From a virus (taxonomy: Duplodnaviria > Caudoviricetes), in the IMG/VR virus record IMGVR_UViG_3300031820_000096, positions 1 to 35,407 of that record: a stretch of DNA of 35,407 nucleotides; one strand, 5' to 3'. This document shows, piece by piece, positions 1-8,072 of the stretch. Numbering within the stretch: position 1 is the first letter of the stretch; every line of letters starts with the position of its first letter. The notes beneath the pieces are model-generated. The model saw nothing but the letters and a program-made list of their open reading frames with translations. It had not been told where the DNA came from and made no database searches. The translations under genes were made by a program, and so were the position numbers.

Positions 1-147
1 CAGCCGATCATGGTAGCCGTTGAGGTAGGAATCGACGTGGCCGGCAATCTCCGGCCGGTATCTCTCGGCTTCCCGCGCAGAGATTGGAGCATCTCCTAAG
101 TCGCCGTCTGTGTAGCCCATCAGGAACGCGCGTCGGCTTGTCATCAT
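1..147 (-). CDS. Hypothetical protein, runs off the window (MMTSRRAFLMGYTDGDLG...)
   Basis: ATG at 147 preceded by AGGAGAGG; frame open to the window edge; follows the upstream stop at 154. Confidence 0.55.
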   Translation of the reverse strand, partial: MMTSRRAFLMGYTDGDLGDAPISAREAERYRPEIAGHVDSYLNGYHDRL

Positions 148-153
148 CCTCTC

Positions 154-420
154 CTACTCTGTGAACGTCTGGAAGGAGCAATCGCCCGTGCCGCGATACT
201 CTGGCAGCCGGAATGAGTCGCAGCCGTAACGGCCACATTGCCACCATCCGGCCATCGAGGTATTGAGCTTGAGCGCCGCGCCGCAGCCTGGGCACTTGCC
301 GGTCGCCACGATGCGTCGCGCCAGGGAGTGAATCTCGGCCATGCGGACGCTGTGACAAAGGTTGCACCGCTCCGAATACCGCGACATCCTGTTGCCACAA
401 GCACAACGGGTAATCTTCAT
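154..420 (-). CDS. Small Cys-rich (Zn-binding-like) hypothetical protein
   Basis: GGAGG RBS before ATG at 420; CxC and two CxxC motifs plus further Cys (MKITRCACG...CNLC...CPGC). Confidence 0.65.
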   Translation of the reverse strand: MKITRCACGNRMSRYSERCNLCHSVRMAEIHSLARRIVATGKCPGCGAALKLNTSMAGWWQCGRYGCDSFRLPEYRGTGDCSFQTFTE

Positions 421-421
421 G

Positions 422-670
422 CTACCTCCCGTCCGCCGGAGTCGGCACGGCGCATGAACAACCGACACACTGATTACAACGTCCACAGACGGGACAGCAC
501 CAACCGAGGCGACATTCCATACACGGCAATCGTGGCGATTCAGTACCCGCAACATCGCATCCGTCCGCCTCGCAAGCGGCACAGGGAAGTTGGCAAGGAA
601 TCTGGTGTCGGGGGTCGAGACACACGTTTAATTCGGGATCATCTAGATCATCGCGCAGAATCAATGTCAT
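422..670 (-). CDS. Small Cys-rich hypothetical protein
   Basis: Several CxxC motifs (CAAC, CMEC, CPVC, CNQC); tightly packed with neighbours; start ATG 670 or GTG 676. Confidence 0.55.
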   Translation of the reverse strand: MTLILRDDLDDPELNVCLDPRHQIPCQLPCAACEADGCDVAGTESPRLPCMECRLGWCCPVCGRCNQCVGCSCAVPTPADGR

Positions 671-672
671 AG

Positions 673-753
673 TCACGGCTTCCCCTGCCTCTCTTGATGG
701 CAGCAGTTATCCGCCGGAGTCGGGTCCGGCACACGGTCATAGATGATTCGCAT
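673..753 (-). CDS. Possible 26-aa peptide (MRIIYDRVPDPTPADNCCHQERQGKP)
   Basis: GGGAGG RBS, first ORF after the 801-829 promoter, GTGA overlap with next gene. Confidence 0.4.
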   Translation of the reverse strand: MRIIYDRVPDPTPADNCCHQERQGKP

Positions 754-800
754 CTCTCGCCCTCCCGCCCGCCGGGCCGGGTGTCGGCCCTGGGACGGGT

Positions 801-829
801 AATATGCGCCCATGCGGCGCGCATGTCAA
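801..829 (-). promoter_or_regulatory. sigma70-type promoter, leftward
   Basis: TTGACA (829-824) - 17 nt - CATATT (806-801); palindrome CATGCG-N3-CGCATG at 811-825 overlaps the spacer. Confidence 0.65.
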
Positions 830-1254
830 CAAGAATCGACGCCGGGCCCGGGCGTTGTTGCAGGGCGTGAGACGGGGGGAGTTTCGCTGCGTTTTCGCCT
901 AATTTACACCTCCGCCGAATCTACACCCAGAGCGGCGCGGTCGGAGTCTAGCGGCCCGGCGATGCCGACCGACCGCTCGGTAGGCCGCGGCGCGGCAGAG
1001 CGGCGGAGCGGCCCGGCTCGCCCCCCGCGCCCCACTCTAGAGTCGCCTATGCTAGACTGGAGACTAGACTAGACACCGCGGCGGATCGGCATAGGCATCT
1101 CGGCACGGTTGCCTAGGCGCAGCCCGGTCCCTAGGTCGGCAGCCCCGGCGCGGCCCCGTGGCCCCCCCTTCACTCGCTCGTCCGCCCCCGTCAGGACCCC
1201 CATCCTCCGCGCCGGAAAAATGGAATTCCGCGCGAATCCGACTAAGTCCCGCAG

Positions 1255-1267
1255 AATCAACGAGTTA
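1255..1267 (+). promoter_or_regulatory. IHF-binding consensus site
   Basis: AATCAACGAGTTA matches WATCAANNNNTTR; lies in the non-coding region upstream of the terminase genes. Confidence 0.5.
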
Positions 1268-1324
1268 CGTAGGCGTGCGGGGATGTGCGGAGCGTGCCAC
1301 CGCCAGTTGTGGGCGCGGGCGAGG

Positions 1325-1353
1325 TTGACACCATCGGTAGGAGCGCGTATGTT
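1325..1353 (+). promoter_or_regulatory. sigma70-type promoter for the packaging/structural operon
   Basis: TTGACA (1325-1330) - 17 nt - TATGTT (1348-1353). Confidence 0.7.
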
Positions 1354-1359
1354 GATGTC

Positions 1360-2169
1360 ATGTTCGTCGGAAAACGGCGGCGGGGGCGGCCCCCGAAGGA
1401 CGGCGGCGGAATCACGCGCATTTCGGTCGAGTCGCACCTCGGCCGGGATGGACTTTCGGTCGGAGATCGGCTGACGCAAGCCGTCCAACCCGCCCTCGCC
1501 CTCCCCGATGACATCCCGCTCGCCGAAATGGTCGCCGCGCAGCCCCGCTCGAACGGAAATTCCCTCGTCGCCTACCCCAATGTCCTCCGAAACATCGTCT
1601 GGCTGGCCTTTTGCGGGCTCCGAACGAACGAAATCGCCCGCCGAGTGGGCTGGGCACCGACCACCATCGACAATTTCATCAGGAGCGACGACTTCACCCG
1701 GCACTACGAGCGGGAACGCGCCTCGATGCTCGCCCGTGTCGATGAATCCATGCGCGAACGGCTCCAGGAGGTCGTCCTGGAGGCCATCGAGACGAAGATC
1801 GACCTGATGCGGAACGCCGACAAGCAGTCGCTCCGCAACCAGGTCGCCAGCGAACTCATCGAACTGGGCCGCGCCGCGCTGCAAATCGGCCGGACGAACG
1901 TGTCGGACTTGCTCAAGGCGATCCATACCAAGGCGATTACGGAGCGCACGGATGGAACACGCACAACGACGGAACGGGTCACGCTCGAAGGCACCCCGGC
2001 GACCGTCGCCGCTGCTGTCCGCGGTGGTGATGGAGCAGTCGGAGGTGGCCCGCCGCCTTCACCTGACGATAGCGCAGGTGCAGGTGGCGCAGGAGAACGC
2101 GCTGCGGAAGTTGCGCTGCCTCCTGGAAGCGCGGGGAGTGACCCGGGAGACGGTGGCGGCGGCCTTTAA
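1360..2169 (+). CDS. Putative terminase small subunit / HTH DNA-binding protein with N-terminal AT-hook-like motif
   Basis: KRRRGRPPK at the N-terminus; HTH-like GLRTNEIARRVGWAPTTIDNF; helical middle; position upstream of TerL. Start at ATG 1360 chosen from the promoter position. Confidence 0.6.
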   Translation: MFVGKRRRGRPPKDGGGITRISVESHLGRDGLSVGDRLTQAVQPALALPDDIPLAEMVAAQPRSNGNSLVAYPNVLRNIVWLAFCGLRTNEIARRVGWAPTTIDNFIRSDDFTRHYERERASMLARVDESMRERLQEVVLEAIETKIDLMRNADKQSLRNQVASELIELGRAALQIGRTNVSDLLKAIHTKAITERTDGTRTTTERVTLEGTPATVAAAVRGGDGAVGGGPPPSPDDSAGAGGAGERAAEVALPPGSAGSDPGDGGGGL

Positions 2170-2293
2170 CCCGGCCGCACGCCGACCCGCCGACAGCAAC
2201 GAGCCCGCCGAGGAGGAAGACGGCGCGCTGCGGCTGCTGCGGCGGCTGTTTGGCGTCGGCGCGCTGGACGATGACGGCGAGGAGCCTGACTGA
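1952..2293 (+). CDS. Small protein with sigma70 region-4-like HTH
   Basis: QSEVARRLHLTIAQVQVAQENALRKLR resembles sigma region 4.2; TGATG coupling to TerL; start 1952 (GGAG RBS) or 2030. Confidence 0.55.
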   Translation: MEHAQRRNGSRSKAPRRPSPLLSAVVMEQSEVARRLHLTIAQVQVAQENALRKLRCLLEARGVTRETVAAAFNPAARRPADSNEPAEEEDGALRLLRRLFGVGALDDDGEEPD

Positions 2294-4020
2294 TGCACCG
2301 CGACGGCACCCTCGAACCCGGCGACGTCTCCCCCGCCCGCGTCCGCGACGATCTGCTCGACGAGGTCCGCGGCCCGGACGGGCTCCACTTCGTCGCGACG
2401 AGGCTGATTGGTATGGACCGCCTCTCCGCGACCATCCACAAGCCCGGGCAGCGTTGGTTCCAGGCCGCCATCACCCGCCCCGACGCCATCGTCGCCTATC
2501 GCGACCCGCGCAGCAGCGGCAAGACCTCCTCGATCACCATCTCCTTCCCGTTCTGGCTCTGGGCGCAATTGCCGCAGCCTGGCACCCCGCAGCAGGGCAT
2601 CAACTCGCGCATCGCCATCGTCGCGCCGAAGAAGGACATCGCCTCCTACTCGTTCCTGTCGCGCATCGTCCGGGTCTACAACGAGTCCGAAGCCTACCGC
2701 GCCCTCTGCCCCTGGGTCCGCATCCGCACCCAGTCGATGAAGACCGGGCTGCTGCTGTTCCGCACGGTCGAGGTCGGCGACCCGACCATCACTCCCTGCG
2801 GCATGGAGTCGGTCTCGACGTCCTTCCACTTCGACTTCGGCTTCATCGACGACCCGATCCATGAGCAAAACTACTTCAGCGAGATCGAGGTCCGGCGTAT
2901 CTGCGAGTGGATGCTCCTGTCGCGCAACCTTGTCCGCTCGGAGCACGGCGCCCTCGCCTTCATCGGCAACTTCTGGCGCATCGGCGACGTGCAGGACCAG
3001 TTGCGGCCGACAAACCCCTACTTCCGCGACGTGCAGGTCTGGGAGCGCGGGCTGACGGCCTGCGCGGGCTGCGTCGGCGGCCGCGAGCCGGGCCACGTCC
3101 ATGAGCCGCCCTTTTTCCCGGTCGCGTTGCTCAACCCCGACGGCTCCGCGCCGGACGTCTCCTTCATCGACGCCGCCCGCGCCTCGATGCCGACCTACAT
3201 GTACCAGGCGCAATGCGAGAACAACCCGGTCGATCCCTCGACGCTGCACTTCGACAAGGCGTGGCTGCGCCAGTGGTCCTGGCACCACACCCCTGGCGGC
3301 GAACCGGCGCTGCGGGTCGGCGCCAGCCCGGGCCGCGTCGAGGAGGCGCGGCGTATGGGGAACTTCAACTTCGAGCATAGTGCGGGCGGCCCCGACGGCG
3401 CCCACGAACTCATCCCCCTCGCCGCCCTCTCCATGTATCTGCTGATCGACCCGGCGCCTTCGGAGCAGGCAGCGTCGGATCGCTCCCGCTTCGCCATCGC
3501 CCTCGTCGGCTGCGAGCGAACCGGCTCGCGCCGCTTTCTCATCGAGGAATACGCCCGCAACGCCCCGGCCCACGAACACATCAACGCCATCCTCGACCTC
3601 TATACCCGCTACCGGCCCTACGTCCGCCGCATCGCCGTCGAGTCGGTCGGCTACCAGGCGACCATCCCCGACTCGATTCTGACAACGGCACGCGCCCGGG
3701 GGATCAACAGCCTGCGCTCCGCCGACATCATGCCTCTGCCGCGCCTCCGTGCCGAGGGCGCCCAGGAAGACCGCATCCGTTACGCCCTCTCGCCGATCAT
3801 CGAGTCGGGGTGCTTCTACATCAACGCCGCGCACCGGATCTTCCGCGAGGAATACGACAAGTTCGGCGTCAAGGGGGCGAAGCACGACCTCCTCGACGCC
3901 ATCAGCAACGGGCCGCGCGTCTGGGGCCACGGCCGCACGGCGACCGAGGGCCTCGCGGCGGCGGCGGTCGCCACGGCGCAGCAGCGGCGGCGGGACGCCG
4001 ACCCGACGACCGGCTATTGA
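2293..4020 (+). CDS. terL: Terminase large subunit
   Basis: Walker A PRSSGKTS, Walker B FGFIDDP, RNase H-like nuclease acidic motifs LLIDPA, IAVES and KHDLLDA. Confidence 0.92.
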   Translation: MHRDGTLEPGDVSPARVRDDLLDEVRGPDGLHFVATRLIGMDRLSATIHKPGQRWFQAAITRPDAIVAYRDPRSSGKTSSITISFPFWLWAQLPQPGTPQQGINSRIAIVAPKKDIASYSFLSRIVRVYNESEAYRALCPWVRIRTQSMKTGLLLFRTVEVGDPTITPCGMESVSTSFHFDFGFIDDPIHEQNYFSEIEVRRICEWMLLSRNLVRSEHGALAFIGNFWRIGDVQDQLRPTNPYFRDVQVWERGLTACAGCVGGREPGHVHEPPFFPVALLNPDGSAPDVSFIDAARASMPTYMYQAQCENNPVDPSTLHFDKAWLRQWSWHHTPGGEPALRVGASPGRVEEARRMGNFNFEHSAGGPDGAHELIPLAALSMYLLIDPAPSEQAASDRSRFAIALVGCERTGSRRFLIEEYARNAPAHEHINAILDLYTRYRPYVRRIAVESVGYQATIPDSILTTARARGINSLRSADIMPLPRLRAEGAQEDRIRYALSPIIESGCFYINAAHRIFREEYDKFGVKGAKHDLLDAISNGPRVWGHGRTATEGLAAAAVATAQQRRRDADPTTGY

Positions 4021-4054
4021 CGCGCCCGGGCGTATCATGGAGAAGGAGGTCCCG

Positions 4055-4285
4055 ATGCTTGAGGTGTTCGAGCCGCGGGTCGGCCGTGGCTGGCGCTCGC
4101 GCCGCTGGCTGAACGTGCTGCCGAAGTCGATCCGCCGCCGCATCGTCTGGTGTGCCTTCAACGCGCCCGGCCGTCTGCGCCGCCTCCTGCACCCGCTCTA
4201 CATGCGCCCGATGACCGACGCCGAGGCAAGGCGTTACGGCTGCATGACCACCGACGAAGCCGACCGCTTCGAGAGGAATCGCTGA
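4055..4285 (+). CDS. Hypothetical basic protein
   Basis: AAGGAGGT RBS before ATG 4055; TGATG overlap with next gene. Confidence 0.6.
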   Translation: MLEVFEPRVGRGWRSRRWLNVLPKSIRRRIVWCAFNAPGRLRRLLHPLYMRPMTDAEARRYGCMTTDEADRFERNR

Positions 4286-4461
4286 TGCCCGCCGTGTCGC
4301 AGAAACAACAGCGCATGATGGGGGCCGACCTCGCCCGCGCCCGGGCCGGGAAGAAAACACGCACCGGCATGTCCGTTGCCCAACTCAAGGAGTTCGCCGG
4401 GACGAAGCGGCGCGGTCTCCCGAAGCGGGCGCGCGGTTCGCGCCACGGTATCCCCATCTAG
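4285..4461 (+). CDS. Small basic protein, DUF3008-like
   Basis: MPAVSQKQQRMMGA...MSVAQLKEFAGTKRRGLP resembles the DUF3008 pattern as recalled. Confidence 0.65.
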   Translation: MPAVSQKQQRMMGADLARARAGKKTRTGMSVAQLKEFAGTKRRGLPKRARGSRHGIPI

Positions 4462-4473
4462 CGAGGCTGCGGC

Positions 4474-7400
4474 ATGGCCGATCAAGTCCCCTACCCCTCG
4501 ACCGGCACCAACCAGCCCGGCCTCGCGCAGTCGCCCTCGGCAAAGGTCGGCGAGACCCGCGAGTCCTACGGCGGCATCGCCCTGACGACAACCGAGGCCG
4601 CCCGCCTCTGCGGCTTCCTGCACGACGAGATCACCCGCGCCGAAATGGAGACCCGGCCGTTCCGCGAGTCGATCATCCTCTGGCGGGAGTTCGTCGATCC
4701 GCGCCCGCGCGAGAAGGCGTTTCCGTGGCCGCACGCACCCCTGTCACGCGACACCGAAATCTGCACCCGCGCCGGGTGGTGCCGTGTCGATGCCGTCCGG
4801 GTCGGCGATCTCGTTCTGACCCGTCAGGACGGCAGCAGCCTGCTTGAGTGGGCGCCGGTCGAGGCGCTGCCCCGCGTGCAGGCCGAGACACTCATCCATT
4901 TCCGCAGCAAGTCCATCGACCAACTTGTCACGGGCGAGCACCAGATGGTCGTCCGCACCGAGGCGAGTCAGACACAGCGGATGTCGGCGCACATGGCGTG
5001 GAAGGCAACGGGCCTCCGCGTGCCGCTGACCGGCCAATGGTTCGGCGAGACGCCAGACGAACTCTTCGGGCTTGATGCGGGCGACGTCATGGAGTTCCTC
5101 GGCTGGTTCACGGCGGAGGGTTGGCAGGGAGAAGGACCCGACGGCCCGAACGGATCGATCTACATCGGCCAGAGCAAGACGGCGAATCCCGAAAAGTGCG
5201 CCCGCATCGAGGCGCTGCTGAACCGCTTGGAGTTTTCGTGGACGCGGCTAGCCAGCAACGAGGCATATATGATCCGGGCGCGGACGATCCCCGCCGCGCT
5301 CCTCGCAGAACTTCGCCAGTTCGGCCATGCCCATGAGAAGCGCGTGCCGCCGTTCATCTTCGATCTTAACGCGGCGCTGATCGGGCGCTATCTTGAGGGC
5401 GAGATTCTCGGGGACGGGCATACCCGTGCGCCGCAGGCCCACCAGAACTACGAATCGACGTCGATGACGACAGTATCGGAGGGTCTTGCTGGCGATCTCC
5501 AAATCCTCATCCAACTCACGGGTAAGCGTGCTTCGGTGATCCGGCAGGAACCCGGGGCAGGCGGCGTTATTCGAGGACGTCCAATTCATGGTGTTCGCCC
5601 CCAGTTTACCATCCCCGTGTTGCACAAGGACTACGCCAAACTCGACGCGGCCAAGGAGGCGGCGGCCGTGCCTTACAACGACACGGCCTTCTGCGTCACC
5701 GTCCGCAACCATGCGATCTACGTCCGCCGCAACGGCATCGCGTCGTGGACCGGCAACTCGTCCGTCTTCGTGCCGATCCCCCGCATCGTCCTCGACGCGC
5801 TGAAGGCCAGCATCAAGCAGACCATCACCAAGCAGAAGCGCCTGTTCGTCGCCGAGGTGACGTCGCCGGAGCACGCCGGGATCGCCCCCGACGCCGAGTT
5901 CGAGGCGACCCAGGCCGCCGTCGAGTTCGCCGAGTACGTCTCCCTCGACCCCGGCCATCTCGACCTGAAGCGCGTCCTCGACGAATGGGCCGAGGAGATG
6001 CTGGTGACGGGCATCGGCCCCCTGAAGGTCACGCTCGACGACGACTCGCGCAAGGTCACGACCCGCAGCGGCACGGCGACCGTGACGTTCCACCGCGGCC
6101 CGCGCATCCTCGTCGTGCCGGTCGGGACATGGATCTGGCCCGCCGGAATCTGGCACAGCGTCCAGGAGATGCCCTGGGTCGGCAACTGGGTCATGCTGAC
6201 CGAGGCCGCGCTGCGCGTCCGGGGCGCTGCTCCCTGGGGCTACAAGGACGTCGAGGAGGTCATCAAGATGGGCGGGGAGCAACTCTCCTCGGACCCCGAC
6301 ACGGCCACGCGGCTGGAGTCGCAGGGCCAGATGCCCCAGGTCCTCGGCCACCGCATCTACGAGGTCTACTACGTCTGCGACCCCTACGGTGACGGCCGCT
6401 TCTACGACCTCGTCATCACCTACTCGCTGCGGGCGAATCGCATCCTGCGTATCGTCCTCGGCGACGGCATCAAGCCCTTCGAGGTCGAGGTCGCCTCGCC
6501 GCGCCCCGGCACCGTCTTCGGCCGCGGCGTCATCGAGCCGATTATCCAGCCCGTTCGCGCCATCAACACGGCGGTCAACCAGACCTTCGACGCCCAGACG
6601 CTCGCCAACGCGCCCTGCCTCCTGTACCCGGAGGACGGCATGGCGGCGGAGGTCCTGGCGAATGGCTTCACCCCCGGAACCCCCGTGCCCTACAAGGAGG
6701 AGAAGGACGAGATCGGCGTGCTGAAGTTCCCCGACCCCTCGGCGACCTCGTTCGAGACCGTCGCCTTCTTCAAGGGCATCATCGAGGAACTGACGCGCAT
6801 CGGGCCGAATCGGCTCGGGGAGGTCTCGGAGGGCCGCCGGACACCCGCCACCCTCGGCCTCGCGACCCAGCAACTCGGCGCCGAACTGATCGACGAACTC
6901 ATCGACCGGATACGCGACACCATCGGCCGGGTCATGTCGCGCGTGTTCGTCCTCTACTACGAGTCCGACCGGGGCATCTTCCAGCGTGTCCTCGGCCTGG
7001 CGCGCGGGACGCTCCTGGAAACCATCATCGGCAAATCGGTGCGCGAGCAGCGGTCGCTCTCCGAGGCGATCCGCATCCGGCTGTTCGCGTCGTCGGCGAC
7101 TCGCTCGGTCGAACTCGACAAGCAGAACGCGGTCGCGGTCTCCCAGGCCGCGCAGGGCTGGCGCCGGGAGATCGTCGAGTACGCCCAACTTTTCCTCCAG
7201 GCCGGGGCGCTTCCCAACGGCGCCGCCGCGCAGGGGCTCCTCCTCGACCTGGTGCGCTCCTCCGAGGAACAGATGCGCCGCCTGGTCGAAATGAGCAACC
7301 AGCCGGATGCCAAGACCATCATCCCGGAAATCTCCAAGCGGCTCGCCGCGCTGGCAGCGCCACCTCCCGCCGCCATGCCGGGCATCCCCCCGGGTGCTGC

Positions 7401-7533
7401 CGCTGGAGGGCCGCCGGGGGCCGCGCCGGGCGGGCCTCTCCAACCACCTCCGGGTGCGCCCCCGGTGTCGCCCGGGCTGCCGGACCTCATCGCGGCCATC
7501 GCGGCGGGCGGCGGGGGAGGCGCCGTTCAGTGA
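4474..7533 (+). CDS. Portal protein (P22-like) precursor containing a 340-aa intein; spliced product 679 aa
   Basis: Follows TerL; removing residues 89-428 restores FPWPHA|SSVFVP; portal-like segments FGRGVIE and AINTAVNQTFDAQTLAN; Pro/Gly-rich C-terminal tail. Confidence 0.88.
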   Translation: MADQVPYPSTGTNQPGLAQSPSAKVGETRESYGGIALTTTEAARLCGFLHDEITRAEMETRPFRESIILWREFVDPRPREKAFPWPHAPLSRDTEICTRAGWCRVDAVRVGDLVLTRQDGSSLLEWAPVEALPRVQAETLIHFRSKSIDQLVTGEHQMVVRTEASQTQRMSAHMAWKATGLRVPLTGQWFGETPDELFGLDAGDVMEFLGWFTAEGWQGEGPDGPNGSIYIGQSKTANPEKCARIEALLNRLEFSWTRLASNEAYMIRARTIPAALLAELRQFGHAHEKRVPPFIFDLNAALIGRYLEGEILGDGHTRAPQAHQNYESTSMTTVSEGLAGDLQILIQLTGKRASVIRQEPGAGGVIRGRPIHGVRPQFTIPVLHKDYAKLDAAKEAAAVPYNDTAFCVTVRNHAIYVRRNGIASWTGNSSVFVPIPRIVLDALKASIKQTITKQKRLFVAEVTSPEHAGIAPDAEFEATQAAVEFAEYVSLDPGHLDLKRVLDEWAEEMLVTGIGPLKVTLDDDSRKVTTRSGTATVTFHRGPRILVVPVGTWIWPAGIWHSVQEMPWVGNWVMLTEAALRVRGAAPWGYKDVEEVIKMGGEQLSSDPDTATRLESQGQMPQVLGHRIYEVYYVCDPYGDGRFYDLVITYSLRANRILRIVLGDGIKPFEVEVASPRPGTVFGRGVIEPIIQPVRAINTAVNQTFDAQTLANAPCLLYPEDGMAAEVLANGFTPGTPVPYKEEKDEIGVLKFPDPSATSFETVAFFKGIIEELTRIGPNRLGEVSEGRRTPATLGLATQQLGAELIDELIDRIRDTIGRVMSRVFVLYYESDRGIFQRVLGLARGTLLETIIGKSVREQRSLSEAIRIRLFASSATRSVELDKQNAVAVSQAAQGWRREIVEYAQLFLQAGALPNGAAAQGLLLDLVRSSEEQMRRLVEMSNQPDAKTIIPEISKRLAALAAPPPAAMPGIPPGAAAGGPPGAAPGGPLQPPPGAPPVSPGLPDLIAAIAAGGGGGAVQ
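4738..5757 (+). mobile_element. Intein with LAGLIDADG endonuclease domain, atypical Pro1
   Basis: Block A PLSRDTEICTRAGW, block B VTGEH, blocks C/E FLGWFTAEG and YLEGEILGDG, block F TAFCVTV, block G RRNGIASWTGN|S. Confidence 0.93.
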
Positions 7534-7718
7534 GACAGCGCGCGACCTGGGACGACGGCTGGAGTGGCCGCCACGTCCACGCCCTCGGCCCCGACGACCC
7601 GCCCGACAAGCGGTCGCTGACGGTCCACGAACCGGAGAACGACACGCTGCTCTACGTCGAGATGGACGGAGCGCGCTTCCGGGTGCTGCGCCGTGAGCAG
7701 GCGGGCTTCAAGCCATGA
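7530..7718 (+). CDS. Hypothetical protein
   Basis: GTGA and ATGA overlaps with both neighbours. Confidence 0.55.
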   Translation: MRQRATWDDGWSGRHVHALGPDDPPDKRSLTVHEPENDTLLYVEMDGARFRVLRREQAGFKP

Positions 7719-8023
7719 GACCCCTCGCCACCCGCATCGCCCAATACGCCACCGCCCATCCGGTCGAAACCTCGATGGTGCAGGTCTACGAGCGCGTCCT
7801 CTGGGTCTTCGAGCAGGAGCGCGCCGTGCTGGAGTCGGCCATCCTCCACCCGAAGCGCGTCTCCTCCACCCGCTTCCGCCGCCTGCACACCGCCCTCGCC
7901 CGTCTCGCCGAGGACACCGCACTCGTCCAGGCGATGCTCGACCGCCACCTCGGCAACCCGGTTGCCGCCACCCGTAAACCACCGCGCAGCAACGCGCCGA
8001 CGTCCGCCTATGGGGAGTTGTAA
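7715..8023 (+). CDS. Hypothetical protein
   Basis: Coupled ORF with GC3-rich codons, helical composition. Confidence 0.6.
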   Translation: MRPLATRIAQYATAHPVETSMVQVYERVLWVFEQERAVLESAILHPKRVSSTRFRRLHTALARLAEDTALVQAMLDRHLGNPVAATRKPPRSNAPTSAYGEL

Positions 8024-8045
8024 AACCGTGTGTGCGTCCGCGCTG

Positions 8046-8054
8046 TGCTACGCT
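8046..8054 (+). promoter_or_regulatory. Possible extended -10 promoter upstream of head genes
   Basis: TGcTACGCT in the intergenic gap before 8073; no clear -35. Confidence 0.35.
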
Positions 8055-8072
8055 CGTTGATGGAGACCTTCG

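Noticed and set aside
4017-4038. TTGACG...TATCAT as a canonical promoter after terL
   Set aside because: Spacer is only 10 nt, so it is not a standard -35/-10 pair.
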